Assembly (NCBI GenBank): GCA_044226015.1
Contig: JBGAHS010000011.1
Span: 1 to 64,000, forward strand
Length of the DNA: 64,000 nucleotides
Source: Candidatus Obscuribacteraceae bacterium
Lineage (GTDB): Bacteria; Cyanobacteriota; Vampirovibrionia; Obscuribacterales; Obscuribacteraceae
Direction of reading: 5' to 3'
Under the pieces are notes generated by a model. The model was given only the letters and a program-made list of their open reading frames with translations. It made no database searches and was not told where the DNA came from. The position numbers and the translations under genes were made by a program. Position 1 is the stretch's first letter; each line of letters begins with the position of its first letter. Below, in pieces: positions 58,072 through 64,000 of this stretch.

Positions 58072-58213
58072 AAAATTTGACACCCAGCAGGATCCGAAAA
58101 AAAAGAAGCGCGCAAAGTTTGATACTCCTCCGTCAGAACTTCCCGCGCAAAGTTTGTCCCCAGCAGGATCCGTCAATAAATCCCCAGGAAAATTTGACAC
58201 TCCGCGGAATCTG
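58072..58213. repeat. Four imperfect direct repeats spaced 35-42 bp apart
   Basis: AAA(A/G)TTTG cores; CCCAGCAGGATCCG twice, CGCGCAAAGTTTG twice, AAAATTTGACAC twice. Confidence 0.7.
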
Positions 58214-58292
58214 CCTAATAACGGAACAGAAACATGGTCAAAACCAAAAACCGTTCAGGTATCAAAGACACAAGTCAAGAAAGCTAAATGTA

Positions 58293-59174
58293 TTATTTTT
58301 TGGCGGTGTTGGAAGGTTCACTGGAGCTCAAAACGTCACCTAGATTCACCAGCGTTTTCTGGTCGGCGATTACGACTTTGACCTCAGGGGCGAGTTTTTG
58401 AACATACTCATAGCGAACAAGTGTAGGATTCTCGCGAAGTGCCTGACCCCTGCGACGCATAGCTTCAGCTTCACCCGTTGCAGCGATGATCTTTCTGTTC
58501 TTCTCAGCTTCTTCCTTTAGCAGAACATACTTCATGCGTTCGGCATCTTGCAGTGCGACCTGTTTTTGCTCTATGGCTTTGGCAAACTCATCGGAGAATC
58601 CGACATTGCGCACCAGCACCTCATCGAGAACGATGTGATACTTTTCCATATCAGCTTGAAGTTGATCTCGCATCTGACCCTGAATTTTTTCACGATTAGA
58701 AGAATAAAGTTCAGTCACAGTGTACTTAGCGACAGCATTACGCACAGTTGTTTGAGATTGAGGACGAATTATCTTTTCCAGGTAATTAGGTCCCACAAGT
58801 TGATGCACTTGCCAAACTTTGTCAGGGTCCAGATGATACCTGATTGAAATGTCCAGCTTAACAGTCTGACCGTCAGAACTTAAAGCATAAATGGCGTCAT
58901 CACCGGCTTTATCACCTTCATCCTGATAGCCAGACATGGTGTAGGTTTGTGTTCGCACATCATACTGAGTTGCTGACTCAACGAAGGGAACGATCATGTG
59001 CATTCCCTCGGAAAGATTGTGCGTTTCAACACCGTTGAACATATTGAATATAGCCGCTCTGTGACCAGCAGGAACAGTAACAAACGTTCCTACTGTTACA
59101 GCTATTAATCCACCAACCAACACTACAGCGAGCACTGAAGAACCAGTGCTGAATACAGTTTTAAGCAATGACAT
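58293..59174 (-). CDS. Prohibitin/SPFH (band 7) family membrane protein
   Basis: N-terminal TM, VPAGHRA, EGMHMIVP, YDVR, SSDGQ, FAKAIEQKQVA, GEAEA. Confidence 0.92.
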   Translation of the reverse strand: MSLLKTVFSTGSSVLAVVLVGGLIAVTVGTFVTVPAGHRAAIFNMFNGVETHNLSEGMHMIVPFVESATQYDVRTQTYTMSGYQDEGDKAGDDAIYALSSDGQTVKLDISIRYHLDPDKVWQVHQLVGPNYLEKIIRPQSQTTVRNAVAKYTVTELYSSNREKIQGQMRDQLQADMEKYHIVLDEVLVRNVGFSDEFAKAIEQKQVALQDAERMKYVLLKEEAEKNRKIIAATGEAEAMRRRGQALRENPTLVRYEYVQKLAPEVKVVIADQKTLVNLGDVLSSSEPSNTAKK

Positions 59175-59463
59175 GAGACATCACCTTTCAATATTTTATT
59201 TAATGGGAGACAGGAGCCCGTCGCTATACGACGGACAAATCAAATTCAAATTTCGGAATCATTTGGTCGTCTTTAGAGCCACGACCGCAGCTCAACTTCC
59301 TCGATTGTTGTCTATCATAGCACTGAACTAGAAGCATGGTTACAGTCTTAATAATTAAGCGTAAGATTAGCCCAGATAAGAAGGACATACATATATAGTA
59401 TTGCTTTCGCGGGACTCTACGACAGTTTACAGCTCCTCAAACAGGACTCATTAAGCACCATAT

Positions 59464-59880
59464 ATGATACCAGCGCAGATTAAAGTAAATAAGCTAGCAG
59501 TGTTCTTGACCTTACTTGCCATTGCAATAGTAGTATCTATCTCCAATTGGGCTTTCAGCGAAATTATGGTTTGCCCATTCAATGCTCTCAAAGAATACTC
59601 ACTCGAAGAAACAGCTCATGAAGCGCCTCAGACAATGCATCTGCGAGCATTAATCGATGGCAGCGTAGGATGCGACAGAGTTACAACTGAATTAGCAGGA
59701 CAAGATAACATGCTATTGAAAGTTCACTGTTTCCCAGGTAAATCAAACCAAATCGACTATAGCTTCGACATTCCAGCTAGTGTCAACAAACTGTACTATG
59801 GCTACGAGAACCATGTAATGTGGACAAGGAAAAATGGCATAGCCGACCCCGTTTCGAGTTACTGGAAAAACAAAAACTGA
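59464..59880 (+). CDS. Hypothetical membrane-anchored protein
   Basis: One N-terminal hydrophobic helix plus a small beta-rich domain with three Cys. Confidence 0.55.
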   Translation: MIPAQIKVNKLAVFLTLLAIAIVVSISNWAFSEIMVCPFNALKEYSLEETAHEAPQTMHLRALIDGSVGCDRVTTELAGQDNMLLKVHCFPGKSNQIDYSFDIPASVNKLYYGYENHVMWTRKNGIADPVSSYWKNKN

Positions 59881-59952
59881 AGAACTGACAATTTGGTTAC
59901 TTTTCAGAAAAGAAACTAGCTTAAGCTGTTTCGTAGGACCCGCAATTTCTAA

Positions 59953-59981
59953 TTGACAAATATCGCAAGCACCATTAGTTT
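59953..59981 (+). promoter_or_regulatory. Candidate sigma70 promoter for 60028-61416
   Basis: TTGACA-17 nt-TAGTTT, about 45 bp before an ATG with a GAGG RBS. Confidence 0.45.
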
Positions 59982-60027
59982 GAAGCAAGGACGGGACGGG
60001 CTGACAAAGACTCTTTGAGGAATTGTT

Positions 60028-61416
60028 ATGCCAGAAGATTTTGTTGCGCCAAAAGACGACACAAATAGCAGATGGGAAGCGCGTGAGGCACGAAATTCGA
60101 TCAGTGCGCTAGAGCTATCTCGCCTCGTCTATGACCTCGAAATGGGCAGAGGCAATCACAAGCGGACGGAGAATACAAAAGCTCCGAACGAACTTGAATT
60201 CGATCATTCGTCAGCGAAGCCTGCATCATCTTCGGAGTTCGACAAAGCAGCAAAACAGCTCAGCAAATCTGAACATTTGATACCAGCTGTGGGCGCTCAA
60301 GCAAGTTCTATTCCTGGCAGGCTGTTGAATGATTACAGAGAGCCACTTGGGGCTGCAGCAGGCGTATTATCAACTGGTGGAATAGCCGTAAGCATCGTCA
60401 GAATGAGCGAAAAATACATACCTTCTCCTACAGGCAGAATACTGCTGGGCGCGGGTACTGCACTCATGGCTGGAGGCTTGATTAACAATGAAGTCTCAGG
60501 AAGAGAAATGCTCGACCCTACGGGGTATGTCCATAACGCTGGTTTATCAGCAGCGACGTTTGCACTTGGTGCTGGTTCGTATAAAGCAGTTTCACGTCTG
60601 GAAATTGCTTCGACTCGTGGCACCACAGCTGGTGCAACAGACATGCTGGGAAGACAATTCTCCGTCAAAAATCATAGTGAATTGGTCGCAGCAACTGAGG
60701 CAATCTTTAAATCAATGCCAAAAGGTGCTGAGGGCGCTCAGTTTTCCCGTCTTGCTCCAGCAACTGAGGCTCTCTTATCGAAAGGCATTCCGATAAGCAG
60801 CCCAGCGCAACTTGAGTCAACCGTTGATCGATTGCTCAGAGGCGCTTTCCCAGTAAGCGCTGAAACAAGAGCCGCGGTCAGCACCTTGACACCAGCGGCG
60901 GAGTCAATGGCAGGCAGAGCACTATCTATTCACAAATCAGTCCAACTCACTGCAGCAACCGAGTCGTTGATTGGACGCTCAATTCCAATCAATGTAGAGA
61001 CCAGAAACGCAGTTGCTCAGCTATCTCTTGCCGGAGCGCCTGAACTTGCACCAGCAAGCAGAACCATAATAAAAGCAGCTATACCATTAAGCGTTGAAAC
61101 CAGAAACGCAGCTGCTCAGTTTACTCTGAGCAATGCAGCTCATTTGAGCCCGAATACAGAAGCTTTAGTTGCCGCAGCAATTCCTATCAATGTCGAAACA
61201 AGAGCCGCCCTTGCTAAACTTTCAGACACTAGTGTAACTGTTCTTAAATCTGCAATCGAAGCAGAGACAAAATTAGGCTCGGCGGAGGCAGCAGCAGCAA
61301 TGCAAGCGCCAAATGCACTTGCCAAAACACTAGCAGGTAAACCGCACTTCGAAAGCGAAATGGATCGGTTCAGAAAAGCTGTTTTCGGTGATTTAGACAA
61401 GTATCTGTCTCAGTAA
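60028..61416 (+). CDS. Hypothetical protein with Gly/Ala-rich hydrophobic helices and 33-aa tandem repeats
   Basis: GAAAGVLSTGGIAV, LLGAGTALMAGGLI, AGLSAATFALGAG; repeated IP(I/L)(N/S)VETR(N/A)A. Confidence 0.7.
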   Translation: MPEDFVAPKDDTNSRWEAREARNSISALELSRLVYDLEMGRGNHKRTENTKAPNELEFDHSSAKPASSSEFDKAAKQLSKSEHLIPAVGAQASSIPGRLLNDYREPLGAAAGVLSTGGIAVSIVRMSEKYIPSPTGRILLGAGTALMAGGLINNEVSGREMLDPTGYVHNAGLSAATFALGAGSYKAVSRLEIASTRGTTAGATDMLGRQFSVKNHSELVAATEAIFKSMPKGAEGAQFSRLAPATEALLSKGIPISSPAQLESTVDRLLRGAFPVSAETRAAVSTLTPAAESMAGRALSIHKSVQLTAATESLIGRSIPINVETRNAVAQLSLAGAPELAPASRTIIKAAIPLSVETRNAAAQFTLSNAAHLSPNTEALVAAAIPINVETRAALAKLSDTSVTVLKSAIEAETKLGSAEAAAAMQAPNALAKTLAGKPHFESEMDRFRKAVFGDLDKYLSQ

Positions 61417-61478
61417 ACACAAACGCCACGCTTGCAACAAGTGTGGCGTTCATAGTTATTGCAGCAAGCTGTGAGAGC

Positions 61479-62309
61479 TTAACCGCTGACAGATAGTACC
61501 AGTTGTGGTGCTGGAATTCTGTGGTCAGCACGAATCGGAACAATCGCAGTGCCAACGACAAAGAACTCAATGACGTGTGAACTCCATCCGTAGTTGCCTT
61601 CGTAGATGTCTACACCAACAATTCCTTCAGCTTGTAAGGCTTCTGCTTCTGTCTGCATTCTTTCCATTGCCAGCTCACGCGCGTCATAGAGAGCTTGAGT
61701 GAAGTTGGTCATTTCAGTGTTAACACCGACTGTCTTGAACCATTGACCGAAAGTCTGGTGTGCAACGTGATAGACGCAGTTACCCATGACCATGCCTACT
61801 GGGCGATAGCCTGAACGCAAAAGTGTCCAGAAATCTTGACCCGAAAGATCGCTGGTAAACGGCAAGCCCTTAGCGGTCTTAAACGAATGGTCTCCCGCGC
61901 GATTTTTTACAGCTGTACCTATTGCTACAAATTCAGCCAGGTCGGAATTCCAATCCATATGTTTGACTTTGAGCCTGACCCCGACCACACCGTCAGCCCC
62001 GAGTTCCTGAGCTTCTTCTTCCATTCTGGACATTGCAAGTTCTCTGGCATGATACAGAGCCTGCGTCAAAACACTCATTTCTTCGTTTTTGGTCCAACGG
62101 GCAGATTGATAGCCAATATGATAAATCGATGAACCAACAACCATTCCGACAGGGTCGAAACCAGCTTCTTTCACTAGAAGAAACTCGTTTACGGAAAGGT
62201 CACTCGTAAACAAGGCCCGGTGACCTCCCTTTCCTTGCATCCACTGCAAGCGTTCCTTTGCGTGGTCAGGCAAATCTGCATGCTGATTGGGATCATTAGG
62301 ATTGGGCAT
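61479..62309 (-). CDS. Tandem YbjQ/UPF0145 (heavy-metal-binding-like) domain protein
   Basis: Two repeats: FTSDLS..(E/D)F, G..P.GMV.G, YxARELAMxRM..EA..LxAxG(V/I)VGV, EF...GTA; AGGAG RBS. Confidence 0.85.
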   Translation of the reverse strand: MPNPNDPNQHADLPDHAKERLQWMQGKGGHRALFTSDLSVNEFLLVKEAGFDPVGMVVGSSIYHIGYQSARWTKNEEMSVLTQALYHARELAMSRMEEEAQELGADGVVGVRLKVKHMDWNSDLAEFVAIGTAVKNRAGDHSFKTAKGLPFTSDLSGQDFWTLLRSGYRPVGMVMGNCVYHVAHQTFGQWFKTVGVNTEMTNFTQALYDARELAMERMQTEAEALQAEGIVGVDIYEGNYGWSSHVIEFFVVGTAIVPIRADHRIPAPQLVLSVSG

Positions 62310-62365
62310 TGGTTTTCTCCTGCTTACTTTTTGGGCGGATACCTTTTATGGTTATGGAACCTGGC

Positions 62366-63394
62366 TTACTCATCGTCTTCACCAACTAGATTTCTGTCGG
62401 CCGCATCCCAATAATTGTTTTCGTACTCAGCAGTTGATCCTAACTGCCTGTACGATTTGCTAGCGAGGTCTAAGCACACCAGTGGTGCCGTATGATTTGG
62501 CTCGCGATTCGGATGAGCCGAAACTGCGGTTCCAATCATCACGTAATTCAAAAGCATGTCTGTATAACGAACGTCGTTTATTTCATATTCGACGAATTCC
62601 CTGCCAGGGTCTACGCTAACACCCACAGCTCCGTCTGCACTTAGGCGAGCAAGTTCTTGCTGCATCCTCGTGTTTGCGGATCTTGCTGCGTTTCGGTAGC
62701 CTTCAGTGAAAGAATACACTTCCTGATTTGGCGCAAACCAACCGTAAATTTGATTGCGCGTATTGGGATCCATGTGAATGTAGTATGCACAATTTCCCAT
62801 GACTACAGATCTCGGCAAATAGCCATCTTTATACAACTGCCAAAATTCCTGTCCGTTTAAGGCACTCGTAAAGGGTTCTTCCCCATCAGGCCAGTCAGGA
62901 ATTTTTATGGCAGTACCAAATGCGGTGAATTCTGTGACGTTAGAACTCCACTCATGGCGGCGCTTCTGCACCCTCACGCCAATTACACCTGATGCACCGA
63001 GAAGCGCGGACTCTTGCCTCATTCGATCAACCGCCGTTGAACGTGCATCTGACATTGCCAGTGTCACTGCACTAAGCTCGCCAGTCCATCTCTGATAGCT
63101 GGAAAAATTACCCCAAAAACTAATCTTGAAAAACGATGTACCCATCACTTGACCAAGAGTCTGAAAACCAGCCTGCTTGGTCAACAAAAATTCTGGGGTA
63201 CTCAAATCACTGGAAAAGAAATTACGTCCGAGGTCTCTTTCTTTCAGCAGTCTTTCGCGCGCTATAGGAGGGATTTCACCGCGTTCAAGAGCTGCGATAC
63301 ACTCTGCTTGACGCAGCTTTTCATTTTCCTGACGAGCCTTAAGCTCTTGCTTTGCTCGTTTCTCTTCTTCACTTTCTTTTCGCCAAAATGGCAT
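62366..63394 (-). CDS. Second tandem YbjQ/UPF0145 domain protein with N-terminal coiled coil
   Basis: FSSDLSTPEFLL, AVDRMRQESALLGASGVIGV, EFTAFGTA, FTSALNGQEFW, ADGAVGV, IGTAV; ATG 63394. Confidence 0.82.
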   Translation of the reverse strand: MPFWRKESEEEKRAKQELKARQENEKLRQAECIAALERGEIPPIARERLLKERDLGRNFFSSDLSTPEFLLTKQAGFQTLGQVMGTSFFKISFWGNFSSYQRWTGELSAVTLAMSDARSTAVDRMRQESALLGASGVIGVRVQKRRHEWSSNVTEFTAFGTAIKIPDWPDGEEPFTSALNGQEFWQLYKDGYLPRSVVMGNCAYYIHMDPNTRNQIYGWFAPNQEVYSFTEGYRNAARSANTRMQQELARLSADGAVGVSVDPGREFVEYEINDVRYTDMLLNYVMIGTAVSAHPNREPNHTAPLVCLDLASKSYRQLGSTAEYENNYWDAADRNLVGEDDE

Positions 63395-63398
63395 GATT

Positions 63399-63800
63399 TT
63401 ATCCTTCGACGAATCTACGCAAAGCATCCTTCATACGAGTATTTTTTTCGGCAACTCTAGTCAACTCTTTAACTATCTGATTAATGCATTCAGACAGTTC
63501 CATTTCGGTAGACTTGAGCGCAATACCGCGCACTATTTTCATTGACTTTGCTGAATAAGAAGCCATGCCCTTATCTTTACTGATTTGATAATGGGTTTCG
63601 TCAAAACGAACGAGAAGGTCTTCTATCGGTTTCTCTTTGGAGAAAATCCAACCACCTCTAGAGACCGTAACATTGTCGGGTAGCGCACCCTGCAACATGG
63701 TTGCAAGAGACTCGACTAAACTCTTAGCTTCTCGCCTGTCCATTTCCAGACTCGCAGCAAGAGTTTCAAACATCAACGGTTGATCTAATTCGTCTTCCAT
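63399..63800 (-). CDS. Conserved-looking hypothetical protein heading the YbjQ operon
   Basis: LAASL..D...LVESLA..L..ALP..V.V.R and KIVRGIALKS motifs; 4 bp from the next gene. Confidence 0.7.
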   Translation of the reverse strand: MEDELDQPLMFETLAASLEMDRREAKSLVESLATMLQGALPDNVTVSRGGWIFSKEKPIEDLLVRFDETHYQISKDKGMASYSAKSMKIVRGIALKSTEMELSECINQIVKELTRVAEKNTRMKDALRRFVEG

Positions 63801-64000
63801 AGCAAGTATTGAACCGCTTTTTCAATGATTGCTCATGCTAGCACGTTCCCCTAAAACGAACCTGAGAAAAGGGAAAAGGCGCCAAACCAAGCCAAACTTG
63901 GCCGAATAAATTCGACGAGCATATTCAAATTTGATGCGTGTTCAAATTAGAACTCAGCAACAAGTCCAAATGATGCGATTAGAAGGATGCAGAAAAAGTA

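Overview
Gene-dense chromosomal window of moderate GC, with no rRNA, tRNA, CRISPR array, transposase or prophage genes that I could recognise. The housekeeping genes look cyanobacteria-like (surE, secG, nurA, the ycf35/DUF2997/ycf46 triad), but there are no photosynthesis genes, menaquinone genes appear to be of the futalosine route (mqnE, menG), and many orphan proteins have acidic leaders. This suggests a non-photosynthetic cyanobacterial relative (Vampirovibrionia/Melainabacteria, Obscuribacterales-like); the taxonomy is inference only. Core genes: mqnE, surE, CNNM/CorC transporter-rsmA-ispE-nth, acyl-CoA ligase-cutA, sixA, ruvX/yqgF, secG-menG-lpxB-msbA, hisS. Main accessory signals: (1) a stand-alone ~250-nt highly structured RNA (54963-55216) behind a near-consensus sigma70 promoter with a palindrome in its spacer, between an NlpC/P60-like gene and an RHS-like gene; (2) effector-like proteins without signal peptides that share an N-terminal leader pattern; (3) a GrpE-like + atypical Hsp70 + beta-propeller module coupled to lpxB-msbA; (4) a small YxDPxTGS membrane protein + NoeA-like kinase/methyltransferase + convergent sulfatase-like membrane enzyme, separated by a GC-rich tandem repeat; (5) a structured, uORF-containing leader and a probable non-canonical start for the CNNM Mg2+ transporter. 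All family calls come from motif recognition by eye; no database searches were run.
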